From the NCBI GenBank assembly GCA_045127235.1, contig JBGVPY010000062.1:992-64991 (forward strand): 64,000 nt of DNA. The letters run 5' to 3'. This document shows, piece by piece, positions 8,236-17,860 of this stretch (within the stretch, counting starts at the first letter, position 1; every line of letters begins with the position of its first letter). Source of the stretch: Eubacteriales bacterium. GTDB lineage: Bacteria; Bacillota; Clostridia; Oscillospirales; CAG-272. Below the pieces are notes generated by a model. That model worked only from the letters and a program-made list of their open reading frames with translations. It was not told the DNA's origin and made no database searches. The position numbers and the translations under genes are program-made.

Positions 8236-11200
8236 ATGAAAAAAACACTTTTAATTCTTGCGTTTGTGCTATCATTGATTTTTGTTTTTTCTATTGTATC
8301 CTTGGCTCAAGAAACGGAAAATACATACTATGTAGTGCAAAGCGAAGAATCAGAGCTTGCAGCATCGCTGCTAGCGGAGGGAAAAAGTATTGTCGGTATT
8401 GACAAGCTTTACTCTTCACCATCAAATGCCATGGCTGAAAATTCCACTTATTTTATCAGTCAATTTGACGGCAAGACACTTAATCTTATTCTTGCCGAGA
8501 ATGTAAGCCATCGCGCAGGAAATGACTCAGGACCAAGGGCAACGGGTATTCGTCTTGACAAGGCGGTTACATTAAACGTGTACTTTAACGGTCATAGCTG
8601 GTGGATTCCCGATGATAATAACTATTCCGGCTTTTTCGTTAACAATCAAAATGCGCATCTTTCTTTAATAGGAAACAGAACCTTAGAAGAGGTTAGCGCA
8701 CCATTTGACCCAAACAGCGTAAGTGCAACGGTCAAATCGCCAAAGGTTGACTATTACGGCGGATACGTTGGACTTTATATTGAAAAAGGTGACGTAACTG
8801 TTAAAAATGCAGTTATTATCGGTCATGATGAGCTTATTTATCAAAGAAATGATTCTGCTTCAGGTACAACCGTTCTTACTCTTGATACTTGTATGGTTAG
8901 AATTAAAAATTCAAAATATGACCCGATTTCTCTTAAATGTGAGGGCAACGGTAGCAGTGCGACCGCCAGTGCAACAATAAGATTTAATCATCTTTACACT
9001 GATGACGTTCAAATCAATAACGTTTTGCCTGACAGTTACATTAATAACAGCGTAATAAAAACATTTTATACAGATAGCTGGCACGCAGATGACAGAATAG
9101 GCAAGGACTATATTTATATTAACAATACCACGATAAATGAATATACGACTTATGGCGACTGTCAACATCCAATTGCTAAAAATTCAACTTTCGGTAAGAT
9201 TAATTTAACGGGAGACACATCAGGCGGTGCTTACGCAACGCTTATAGATAGCACTTATACGGAATTATATCTTGTAAGAAGATATGCAGAACCGAAAAGA
9301 AACGGTATTCTCTATATTGTAACGGAAGCAGATTGCGAAAATGCAGCCACAAGAATAGTATATACCTATGACGATGAAACAAAAGCAAACGTATCAAGCA
9401 TAGATGAGGAATATCAAAAAAACAACCCTGCATTGGGCCATAGCACAAAAGATAAACCTTTGACAGTATCATATACAAGCTTCCTTGAAAAGGGCGACGG
9501 TTTATTTGTATGTGACGTGTGTTCAAAAGAATACGAGGGCGAAGTAAATCCTTTATTTACCTTCCTTGGCTATTCAGTATATGAGGGTGCAGGCGCTTCG
9601 GTTGCCATAGGATACAAAATAGATACAGAAGCATTAAAAATATACGAAGAAGTAACGGAAAAAACACTTAATTACGGCGTATATGCAGTATCAAAGGATA
9701 AAATAGGCGACAGAGATATCTTTGGCGCAGACGGAAAAGCGTCAGAGGGCGTTATCAACGCTGATTTAACAGAATTTAATTTCAGAACAATTGAACTTAA
9801 AATCAAGGGTATTTCAGATGAATACAAAAATTCAAAGCTTGCTATGGGCGTGTACGTTATGGAAAACGATGGAGAAAAAACATCCTATTCATATTTACAA
9901 TATGGCAATATAGCTGAAAATGAAAAATACAGCTTTGCTTCATATAATGAAGTTTTAGAAGCTATGCCACCTGAAATCATTCCGTTTGAGGATATCGAGG
10001 TTGTGGTAGGAGACAAAATATCACTACCAAAAACTGTTTTTGTAAACGGCGTGGAAAAGTCTTTGACATACACTTTTGACAGCTCAAGTATTTCCATTGA
10101 GGACTACGTTCTCACAGGTCTTTCACACGAAAATAATGTAAAGGTAACAGTAAGCGGTAAAGGCATTCAAGGCGAATTTAACGTAACCGTAAGAGATTAC
10201 TCTATTTACAAATACGTAGTAGTAATCGGTGTTGACGGAGCGGGTGCATACTTTGCAAATGCCAATACACCAAACCTTGACAAAATCTTTGCAAACGGAG
10301 CATTAACGTATAACTGTTTAACCTCTAATCCTACAATAAGTGCTCAATGTTGGGGCTCACTCCTTCACGGTGTAACACCTAATCTTCACGGTCTTACAAA
10401 CGATAATGCAGCATCAGGCGCTTATCCAAACGACTCAAGTTACCCAAGCTTCTTCCGTGTAATTCGCGAAAATAACGCAAATGCAGTTCTAGCATCATTT
10501 GCAGGTTGGAATCCAATTAACGTTGGTATAGTAGAGGACGATATCGGCGTTTACAAAAAAGGCGGTATGTCCGACTCTAATTTAACAGCGGAAATTCTTG
10601 CATATCTTGCTCAAAACAATCCGGATGCTATGTTTATTCAATTTGACGAAGCAGATGCAGCAGGCCACTCATCAGGCTACGGCACAGCAGCTCAACTTGC
10701 TAAAATAGCTGAGATAGATGCTTATATCGGTCAAATTTATGATTCATACATGCAAAAAGGAATCCTTAATGAAACATTGTTTATCGTTACTTCTGACCAT
10801 GGCGGAAACGGAACAAATCATGGTGGATTAACAGATACGGAAAAATACGTTATGTTTGCTGCAACAGGCAAGACAGTTGTCAGCGGTACAATAAGCGATA
10901 TGGAAATTCGTGATACTGCTGCTATCGTTCTTCATGCATTAGGCTATGAACAACCTGAAAAATGGTCAGCAAGAGTTCCTTCTAATTTATTTAACGGTAT
11001 TGAAGCACCATTACACCGCCCTGGAACTATGCCTGGCCGTTACCACGAAACAGAAGCAACCCCTGAAAAGGGCAGTCAGGGCTACGTAACCAATTTTGTG
11101 GATAACAAATTAAATACGTATTTGACATTTGACGGAAACGTAACCGATAGCTGCGGTGGAAATACAACTCCACATAATACAATTACATATAAGGATGGAT

Positions 11201-11748
11201 ATTACGGACAGGGCGCAGCACTTAATGGAGGCTACGTAACTCTTGAAGATTTTGATCCGTCCATGGAAAGCTTTACTATGTCCTTCTGGATGAAAGCAAG
11301 CTCTATTTCATCAGACCCGTGTATTATTTCCAATAAAAACTGGGATTCGGGACAAAATACAGGCTTTGCATTAACATTTATAAACAAAAACGGCATTATT
11401 AACGTAAGGTTAAATTACGGTGAAAATAGAAATAAGCGTGCCGATTGCGATTTTGCTCTTCCAAGCGATTACACAAACGGATGGGTGCATATAATAGCCA
11501 TATTTGACCGTGAAAACAATAAGCTTGGATTAAGTGTTGATTTTGCGGACATTAAAACAAGCAATATTCCCGAAAACCTTCAAGGTACTTCTCTTGATGC
11601 CGGTTTGAAAACCAACATCGGTCAAGACGGTAGAGGCACATATAATCGTGCTTTACCTGCAACCATCGATGAATTTATGATTTTCGAGGGCGCATTTACG
11701 CAAGAGGATGTAAATGCACTTATGGAATATTACGGAATGAAAAATTAG
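8236..11748 (+). CDS. P2: secreted multidomain protein with the shared module placed internally, followed by a type I phosphodiesterase (alkaline-phosphatase superfamily) domain and a LamG/ConA-like domain
   Basis: SD GGAGGAG and ATG 8236 give signal peptide MKKTLLILAFVLSLIFVFSIVSLAQE. Module at 9553-9963. Phosphodiesterase motifs VIGVDGAGAYF, PTISAQCWGSLLHGV, FDEADAAGHSSG, TSDHGG. C-terminal Laminin_G_3-like region (SFTMSFWMKA ... IDEFMIFEGAFT). Confidence 0.85.
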   Translation: MKKTLLILAFVLSLIFVFSIVSLAQETENTYYVVQSEESELAASLLAEGKSIVGIDKLYSSPSNAMAENSTYFISQFDGKTLNLILAENVSHRAGNDSGPRATGIRLDKAVTLNVYFNGHSWWIPDDNNYSGFFVNNQNAHLSLIGNRTLEEVSAPFDPNSVSATVKSPKVDYYGGYVGLYIEKGDVTVKNAVIIGHDELIYQRNDSASGTTVLTLDTCMVRIKNSKYDPISLKCEGNGSSATASATIRFNHLYTDDVQINNVLPDSYINNSVIKTFYTDSWHADDRIGKDYIYINNTTINEYTTYGDCQHPIAKNSTFGKINLTGDTSGGAYATLIDSTYTELYLVRRYAEPKRNGILYIVTEADCENAATRIVYTYDDETKANVSSIDEEYQKNNPALGHSTKDKPLTVSYTSFLEKGDGLFVCDVCSKEYEGEVNPLFTFLGYSVYEGAGASVAIGYKIDTEALKIYEEVTEKTLNYGVYAVSKDKIGDRDIFGADGKASEGVINADLTEFNFRTIELKIKGISDEYKNSKLAMGVYVMENDGEKTSYSYLQYGNIAENEKYSFASYNEVLEAMPPEIIPFEDIEVVVGDKISLPKTVFVNGVEKSLTYTFDSSSISIEDYVLTGLSHENNVKVTVSGKGIQGEFNVTVRDYSIYKYVVVIGVDGAGAYFANANTPNLDKIFANGALTYNCLTSNPTISAQCWGSLLHGVTPNLHGLTNDNAASGAYPNDSSYPSFFRVIRENNANAVLASFAGWNPINVGIVEDDIGVYKKGGMSDSNLTAEILAYLAQNNPDAMFIQFDEADAAGHSSGYGTAAQLAKIAEIDAYIGQIYDSYMQKGILNETLFIVTSDHGGNGTNHGGLTDTEKYVMFAATGKTVVSGTISDMEIRDTAAIVLHALGYEQPEKWSARVPSNLFNGIEAPLHRPGTMPGRYHETEATPEKGSQGYVTNFVDNKLNTYLTFDGNVTDSCGGNTTPHNTITYKDGYYGQGAALNGGYVTLEDFDPSMESFTMSFWMKASSISSDPCIISNKNWDSGQNTGFALTFINKNGIINVRLNYGENRNKRADCDFALPSDYTNGWVHIIAIFDRENNKLGLSVDFADIKTSNIPENLQGTSLDAGLKTNIGQDGRGTYNRALPATIDEFMIFEGAFTQEDVNALMEYYGMKN

Positions 11749-11761
11749 TTGAGGTGATATA

Positions 11762-11911
11762 ATGAAATACGTAACGCCAAAATATGAAAATGCAATTATA
11801 GAAACAAAAGATATTATAACCGCCTCAACCAACAAGTTTGAAATCCAAAATGATAATAACATCGAAGGCAAAGGCAATATCATAATGAACGCATTAGACA
11901 TCTTTAAATAA
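11762..11911 (+). CDS. conserved 49-aa small protein, cassette copy 2 (not in ORF track)
   Basis: MKYVTPKYENAIIETKDIITASTNKFEIQNDNNIEGKGNIIMNALDIFK. SD GAGGTG 5 nt upstream, 13 nt after the P2 stop, terminator follows. Confidence 0.75.
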   Translation: MKYVTPKYENAIIETKDIITASTNKFEIQNDNNIEGKGNIIMNALDIFK

Positions 11912-11918
11912 AGTAAAA

Positions 11919-11947
11919 ACCGTGCAGAGAAATCTGCACGGTTTTAT
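11919..11947 (+). terminator. rho-independent terminator of cassette 2
   Basis: accgtgcag/ctgcacggt stem followed by tttat. The stem sequence is related to the cassette 1 terminator. Confidence 0.75.
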
Positions 11948-12028
11948 CAATTTATAGGTGTTATTTTTAAGCGCCATGAAAACAGCTTATTACATAACAA
12001 TAGAAAATTGCCATTATTTTTAATAAAA

Positions 12029-12859
12029 CTAAATTTGATTTTTTCTGTAAACCGAGGGAGAAACGCTAGTATGCTTCTTGAACATTCTGCTGAAGTATAG
12101 TGCATCGTCAATACCACATAATTTAGCAATTTCGGAAATATTATAATCGGTATTAATTAATAAATGAGAGCTTTTGTCTATAATTAACTTAGCGTAATAT
12201 TCTTGAGGAGAAACACCAAAATTTTTTTTGAAAAGCTTAATAAAATAAAATTTGCTTAACCCGCAAAGTCTTGCTAGCTCTTCATTACTACGCCTTATAT
12301 GACATTCGGATTTCATAATTTGAATGGCGTTATGAAGCTTTGATAATTTCTTTCCCTCTTGACTGACAAGCTTCATTATACGGGCGATAAGAGTTATCAG
12401 CATGCCATCCAATAATAATTCCGAAATTTCATCCTCATTTTTCGAGCCACTCCATAAGCTATGGCAGAAATGCTCAAATTCAGGAAATGCTCCTATATGA
12501 TATGAACGCTCTTTAAAAAAGGAAAGCATTTTTTCAACTTCGCTACCGGTAAAAAGAATCCAATAATGTGTTGTAGTTATTCCATCTATGGTGTATATCT
12601 GAGGCTCATTTGGTCTAAATAAGCATATATCTCCACTTGTAAGATTTCGTTTTTTGCCTTGCTCGTGTATAGTGAGAACACCCGATGCAACATAAATGAG
12701 CTGATAGTCAGGTCTACCTTTTTTACGACGTATTGACATTTTTGAGTGATCTGCACAGTATCCAAAATCATTAATATATAAAAATCTATCGGTATCAGTA
12801 TGCTTTTCATTACTTGCTTTTCCGGAATAATAGCATGCTTTTCCTAAATAATTGTACAT
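12029..12859 (-). CDS. AraC-family transcriptional regulator (cupin sensor plus HTH_18)
   Basis: C-terminal double HTH (LARLCGLSKFYFIKLFKKNFGVSPQEY ... IAKLCGIDDALYFSRMFKKHTSVSPSVYR). SD GGAGG. Divergent from the GH2 gene. Confidence 0.85.
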   Translation of the reverse strand: MYNYLGKACYYSGKASNEKHTDTDRFLYINDFGYCADHSKMSIRRKKGRPDYQLIYVASGVLTIHEQGKKRNLTSGDICLFRPNEPQIYTIDGITTTHYWILFTGSEVEKMLSFFKERSYHIGAFPEFEHFCHSLWSGSKNEDEISELLLDGMLITLIARIMKLVSQEGKKLSKLHNAIQIMKSECHIRRSNEELARLCGLSKFYFIKLFKKNFGVSPQEYYAKLIIDKSSHLLINTDYNISEIAKLCGIDDALYFSRMFKKHTSVSPSVYRKNQI

Positions 12860-12932
12860 TTTTATCCCTCCTTTTCTTTGTAATTATACCACAAAAAACC
12901 ACTTTTGTCCATATTTTGCCAAAAAAATCATA

Positions 12933-12961
12933 TTGTTTTTGCTACTGCTTAATGCTATAAT
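12933..12961 (+). promoter_or_regulatory. candidate promoter for the GH2-P3 transcription unit
   Basis: TTGTTT, 17 nt spacer, TATAAT with a TGn extension. Confidence 0.4.
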
Positions 12962-13070
12962 CAAGTTGTGAAGCAAGATATGTGTAAAAAATTGTTATTT
13001 AATATAGATTGTATAAATACAAGGCTTTTATATTTTATAATTAAAATGAAAGAAAGAGGTGCTTAGTGAA

Positions 13071-14792
13071 ATGCTAATACCAAGACCGGAGCATCCAAAT
13101 CCCCAATTTGAAAGAGAAGATTGGGTGAATTTAAACGGAGAATGGGAATTTGAGCTTGACCGCGGTGTTAGCGGTCGTGATAGAAAATTCTACGAAAGAG
13201 AGCATCTTGATAATAAAATCATAGTGCCATTTTGTCCTGAAAGCGTGCTTTCAAAAATAGGTAACACAGATTATCTTAATTGTGTGTGGTACTTGAAAAA
13301 GGTACATATTAAGAAATGCAACAAAAGAGTTATTCTTCATTTTGGCGCAGTTGATTACGAAAGCTATATTTATGTTAATCACAAAGAGGCTTATCACAAT
13401 ATAGGTGGATATGTTGGTTTTGAAGTGGATATTACCGATTATGTTATATTTGGTAAGGAAAATACAATTACCGTATGCGCCATTGACGGACATCCAAACG
13501 GAAAGGCTTCAGGTAAACAAAGCGAAAACTACTATTCAATAGAATGCTGCTACACTCGTACAACAGGTATTTGGCAAACAGTTTGGCTTGAATATGTAGA
13601 TAAAAATTATTTAAAATCTGTAAGATACTACACCTCAATAGAGGACAAAAGCATTCAAATAGAGATAGAAACCGTTGGAAACGCCGTATTTAATGCGGTA
13701 GCCACATACAAAAATAAAAACGTAGGCGAGGTAAGTGGCAAGCTAAAAAGCGGTATTAGTCGCTTAACGCTTTATTTAAGTGAGCTTCATTTATGGGAAG
13801 CAGGCAAGGGCAGGCTTTACGACCTTGAATTAACCTATGGAAATGATAAAGTAAAAAGCTATTTCGGTATAAGAACAACCGCCTTTGATAGCAAAAATTA
13901 TCTTTTAAACGGAAAGCCTTTGTTCCTTCGTACTGTCCTTGACCAAGGCTACTACAAAAACGGAATTTATACTGCTGAAACGGATGAAGAACTAAAAAGA
14001 GATATCATCTTGTCATTAGAAGCAGGCTTCAACGGAGCAAGGCTACATCAAAAGATTTTTGAGCCGAGATTTTTATACCATTGTGATAAAATGGGCTATC
14101 TTGTATTTGGCGAAAGTGCTAACGCCCACCTCTACTACTGGGACATGAATCAGCTAACTCCATTTTTACTTGAATGGCAAAGAGCGATAAAAAGGGACTT
14201 TAACCATCCTTCAATTATTGGTTGGTGTCCACTTAACGAAACATGGGATTGGGATAATAAGCATCAAAATGACGACTTTATAAGAGCATTATATTATTCA
14301 ACAAAAGCAATGGACACAACCCGCCCTTGTATAGGCACAAGTGGTAATTATCAGGTTGTTTCCGATATTTATGACCTTCACGATTACATACAGGATGTAA
14401 AAGATTTTGAAGAAATTTATCTTGCAAGCACTCAAAAAGAAATGCTTGAAAATTATGATAAAACTCATAGTGGCGTGTCAAAATATCAAAAATCAACAGA
14501 TTACTGCAATATGGCATTATTTCTTAGCGAATATGGTGGCATAAGATGGGATATTGACGGAGTTGAAGGCGGTTGGGGCTACGGAAATGCACCGAAAACC
14601 GAGGAAGAGTTTTTGCAAAGATTTGAAGGCTTGACAAATGCACTTATAAGCTGCCCGTATGTGTGTGGCTTTTGCTATACTCAGCTTTACGATATAGAGC
14701 AAGAGGCAAACGGCTTATATACATATGAAAGAAAGCCAAAATTTGATATACAAAAAATCAAATCAATAATACAAGCGAAAAGAAATCGCTGA
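13071..14792 (+). CDS. glycoside hydrolase family 2 enzyme (beta-galactosidase/beta-glucuronidase/beta-mannosidase type)
   Basis: PRPEHPNPQFEREDWVNLNGEWEF sugar-binding start, GIWQTVWLE, and NHPSIIGWCPLNE with the acid/base Glu. ATG 13071 is preferred over GTG 13059 because of SD AGAGGTG spacing. Confidence 0.75.
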   Translation: MLIPRPEHPNPQFEREDWVNLNGEWEFELDRGVSGRDRKFYEREHLDNKIIVPFCPESVLSKIGNTDYLNCVWYLKKVHIKKCNKRVILHFGAVDYESYIYVNHKEAYHNIGGYVGFEVDITDYVIFGKENTITVCAIDGHPNGKASGKQSENYYSIECCYTRTTGIWQTVWLEYVDKNYLKSVRYYTSIEDKSIQIEIETVGNAVFNAVATYKNKNVGEVSGKLKSGISRLTLYLSELHLWEAGKGRLYDLELTYGNDKVKSYFGIRTTAFDSKNYLLNGKPLFLRTVLDQGYYKNGIYTAETDEELKRDIILSLEAGFNGARLHQKIFEPRFLYHCDKMGYLVFGESANAHLYYWDMNQLTPFLLEWQRAIKRDFNHPSIIGWCPLNETWDWDNKHQNDDFIRALYYSTKAMDTTRPCIGTSGNYQVVSDIYDLHDYIQDVKDFEEIYLASTQKEMLENYDKTHSGVSKYQKSTDYCNMALFLSEYGGIRWDIDGVEGGWGYGNAPKTEEEFLQRFEGLTNALISCPYVCGFCYTQLYDIEQEANGLYTYERKPKFDIQKIKSIIQAKRNR

Positions 14793-14887
14793 TCAAACAT
14801 CTTATGATTAAGTAATTGTTTAATGAAAAATCAATGCAGTTATTAAACAGTTTTTAATAAAAAATAATTTGAAAAGGAGAAATTAAA

Positions 14888-16699
14888 ATGAAAAAGAAAC
14901 TATTGATAGCCTTATTTATAGTTGTTTTTGCGTGTGTTCTCTCATTTACAGTTTGCGCATCAAACGAGGTAACATTAGTAGGTGGAGAAAAGGTTGACTT
15001 TGAGACCGTTTTTAAGGTTGGTAAAAGCGGTGGAGTTGATAATGTTGTAACCGGTTTTAACACAGGCTACAACAATAATAGCATGACAGATGTAATCTTC
15101 CCTGACTACCTTGCAGGAATTGAGTGCAACGGACTTTTTGGCAAATATGCAAATCCGGCATCAACAACCATCAAAACTCTTACATTTGAATCAACAGACG
15201 AGTTTTTTATCAGTGGAGATAACATTTTCTCTGGAATTCCAATCACAAAGGTAACCTTTAATCCTAACTGTGTAGTGGAAATGAGAAAGGGCAACTTTTC
15301 AGGTTGTACAAGTCTTACAGAAATAACTTTTCCAAAGTTTAGAAAGCTATCATCAAATGCCTTTGCAAACTGCTCTAATATGGTAGCCACTAACTCAATT
15401 GTTTTTGTGGAGGGCATGACCGAAATTGGTGGCGATGCATTTAATGGCTGCAGTAGTCTTAACGGAACTATTGTTTTTCCATCAACTTTAACAACAATAA
15501 AAGACGAGGTGTTTAGAGGTACAAGTATAGAAGCGTTTGACTTTAGCAAGTGTGCGAATTTAAGTAGTATTAGTCAGGCTGCATTTACTCAGTGCGATTC
15601 ACTTACCACTATCGATATGAGTGCTTGCGTAGGATTGACAAGCTTGAGTAATAATTTTGCCGAAAACTGTGATGAACTAATTAGTGTAATTTTGCCACCT
15701 AATTTGGAGTCTATACCTTATAAGGCTTTTGCTCATTGCTATAAAATGCAATCAATCGTACTCCCTGCAAGCATGAAAACCGTAGCTGATGAGGCATTCC
15801 ACACAGCAAGAAAAAATCAAGATATAAAGACTTTTACGGTATATGTTCAAGGTAATGTTGTATTCCATGAGAAATATTCATTCCGTGATTCAAGTGCAAA
15901 AATTGAATTCGTTTTGATTGGAAATGGTGTTACTGCACAAAGTTTTAAGGCTGCAAATACTTATTCGGCTATTACAGGTGCTACCGTAGTTGATTATGTA
16001 GGAGGCGAAAATCCATGGACTTATGTTCCCGGTCAAGCAATAACAAGCCACACTATCGTAGATAACTACTGTAAGCCACTTGCGTTAACAGGAGAGCATT
16101 TGTCTGATGCAAATCCATGCGTAATTAACTGTTCAAGCTGTGGATTAGTATCAGCAAAGGAAAATCCTGTTCATACTGTATCGTCATCTATCGCATACGC
16201 AAACGGATATGACAATGTTGGAGTTAAAACTATAATTTGTACCAATAAGGGTTGTAGTCATAAGGAAACGGTTGAGGTAAAAGAGCTCTTTGTTTGCCAA
16301 GGCTATTCAGCTCCTGAAAAGGGCAGCGGTGGAATTACAATAGGATTTACCATAAACAACCAAGCAATTAAAGAATATGAAACTTCAACAGGAAAAACCT
16401 TAAAATACGGCGCGTTTGCGGTAGCAAAGTCTAAGCTAGGTACAAACGATATTTTTAGCAAAGATGGCACAGTAGCAGACTATGCTATTACTGCTGAAAT
16501 CATTTCTTATGAATTTTATTCCTTTGATCTTAAAATTGTAGGCTTTACAGATGATTACAAAGATACGAAGCTTGCTCTAGGTGCTTATGTAATTACAACC
16601 GACGGCAAGACTAACGAATATTCATATATTCAAGAAGGCGCGCCTATACAAAACGAAAAATATGCATTTATCTCATATGGCGAAATTATGAATGCATAA
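14888..16699 (+). CDS. P3: secreted BspA-type LRR protein with Cys-knuckle and shared C-terminal module
   Basis: Signal peptide MKKKLLIALFIVVFACVLSFTVCAS, LRR_5-like repeats, CVINCSSC ... CTNKGC, module at 16286-16696. Confidence 0.85.
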   Translation: MKKKLLIALFIVVFACVLSFTVCASNEVTLVGGEKVDFETVFKVGKSGGVDNVVTGFNTGYNNNSMTDVIFPDYLAGIECNGLFGKYANPASTTIKTLTFESTDEFFISGDNIFSGIPITKVTFNPNCVVEMRKGNFSGCTSLTEITFPKFRKLSSNAFANCSNMVATNSIVFVEGMTEIGGDAFNGCSSLNGTIVFPSTLTTIKDEVFRGTSIEAFDFSKCANLSSISQAAFTQCDSLTTIDMSACVGLTSLSNNFAENCDELISVILPPNLESIPYKAFAHCYKMQSIVLPASMKTVADEAFHTARKNQDIKTFTVYVQGNVVFHEKYSFRDSSAKIEFVLIGNGVTAQSFKAANTYSAITGATVVDYVGGENPWTYVPGQAITSHTIVDNYCKPLALTGEHLSDANPCVINCSSCGLVSAKENPVHTVSSSIAYANGYDNVGVKTIICTNKGCSHKETVEVKELFVCQGYSAPEKGSGGITIGFTINNQAIKEYETSTGKTLKYGAFAVAKSKLGTNDIFSKDGTVADYAITAEIISYEFYSFDLKIVGFTDDYKDTKLALGAYVITTDGKTNEYSYIQEGAPIQNEKYAFISYGEIMNA

Positions 16700-16713
16700 G
16701 CAATGAGGTAAAA

Positions 16714-16863
16714 ATGAAATACATTACCCCAAAATATGAAAATGCAAGCATTTTAGCAAAGGATATTATAACCGCCTCAAAAGGTAAGTTTGAAATCCAA
16801 CACGACCTTAATGAACAGGGCAAGGGCAATATCATAATGAATGCATTAGATATATTTAAATAA
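16714..16863 (+). CDS. conserved 49-aa small protein, cassette copy 3 (not in ORF track)
   Basis: MKYITPKYENASILAKDIITASKGKFEIQHDLNEQGKGNIIMNALDIFK. SD GAGGTA, 14 nt after the P3 stop. Confidence 0.75.
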   Translation: MKYITPKYENASILAKDIITASKGKFEIQHDLNEQGKGNIIMNALDIFK

Positions 16864-16898
16864 TTAAAAGCCGTGTGGAATTTTCCACACGGCTTTTA
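16729..16898 (+). repeat. dispersed near-identical DNA repeat (small ORF plus terminator), partner at 21750-21919
   Basis: Colinear at a constant offset of 5021 nt. By eye there are only about 2 mismatches. Identity stops right after the terminator. Confidence 0.85.
16869..16898 (+). terminator. rho-independent terminator of cassette 3
   Basis: agccgtgtgg/ccacacggct stem followed by tttat. Identical to the cassette 4 terminator. Confidence 0.8.
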
Positions 16899-16972
16899 TG
16901 GTGCTTATAAGACTTATAAAATATCATATAAAATAAAAAACATTTATTAATATGCAAAGCACAAAGAACCTT

Positions 16973-17713
16973 TTATATAAATTTTTCCTTATACTGTGGG
17001 AATTTATCGGAGATATCTCTTTCTGATACGATCAAATCAATATCCTTTAATGTGCATACGGTATTAAGAAATGGCTCACCGATTTTTTGCGAGTTTAGGA
17101 GTAAAACTGATTTTTTTGAGCATTCAATCATTGCTTTGCTTATTTGGTTTTCTGCAACGGAGTTGTCCGTAAGCTTTCCATCGGGAGTTAGTGATGAAAC
17201 AGAGAAAAAGCAAATATCAGCATTAAATTTTCTTATAAATTCCTCAGCAAGAGTGCCTACATACCCAAAGGAGGTTTTTGATGCCTCGCCACCTGAAACA
17301 AATGTTTTTATTCCTGTTTTTGCGAGAAGAAATGATGCCTTGGTGCTATTGGTAATTAAAATAATTGAGCTTTTGGAGCTTAAATGCTTTAAAAGATGAA
17401 GGCATGTTGATGAAGCATCAACCATAATAGTGTCGCCATCCTTAATTAAATCAAGACATTTTTGCGCAATGCAGTCCTTTTCCTCAACAAATTTAGTTTC
17501 GCGAAGCTCTTGTGGAGTGCCCTCCCATTGAATACTGTTAAAAACCGCTCCGCCCGGCGTTCTTATAATTTTTTTGCCTTCTGCTAGTGATTTTAAATCT
17601 CTACGCACCGTAGGTGCGCTTACAAAAAGATGGGTGCAAAGCTCCTCGATTGTTGCCTCACGGTTTTGGCGCAAATATTCAAGTATTATTTTCTCTCTAT
17701 CCTTAAATGACAT
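16973..17713 (-). CDS. DeoR-family transcriptional regulator
   Basis: HTH (EELCTHLFVSAPTVRRDLKSL) plus a DeoR C-terminal sensor domain. Divergent from P4. Confidence 0.85.
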   Translation of the reverse strand: MSFKDREKIILEYLRQNREATIEELCTHLFVSAPTVRRDLKSLAEGKKIIRTPGGAVFNSIQWEGTPQELRETKFVEEKDCIAQKCLDLIKDGDTIMVDASSTCLHLLKHLSSKSSIILITNSTKASFLLAKTGIKTFVSGGEASKTSFGYVGTLAEEFIRKFNADICFFSVSSLTPDGKLTDNSVAENQISKAMIECSKKSVLLLNSQKIGEPFLNTVCTLKDIDLIVSERDISDKFPQYKEKFI

Positions 17714-17798
17714 TTTGACCTCTTTGTTATCATAATGATTAGAAAATGTATGTGTTTAATCACAAATTGAGCATTTTGTTCAGGATTTTTTAAAAATA

Positions 17799-17827
17799 TT
17801 GACAAATTTGCTCAAATGTATTATAAC
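17799..17827 (+). promoter_or_regulatory. promoter for P4 with an overlapping imperfect inverted repeat (candidate DeoR operator)
   Basis: TTGACA, 17 nt spacer, TATAAC. The repeat aaattgagca (17764-17773) / tgctcaaat (17810-17818) brackets the -35 element. Confidence 0.5.
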
Positions 17828-17860
17828 ATAATTAGATACTAAAAATCAAGGAGAGATTTT

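Noticed and set aside
15106-15549. 147-aa antisense ORF inside P3. Similar long antisense ORFs lie at 57976-58587 (203 aa, inside the MFS gene), 47653-48018, 22419-22751 and 60833-61153.
   Set aside because: Each is fully embedded opposite a strongly supported CDS, has no SD and shows no recognisable motifs. Such ORFs are typical shadow frames of AT-rich coding DNA.
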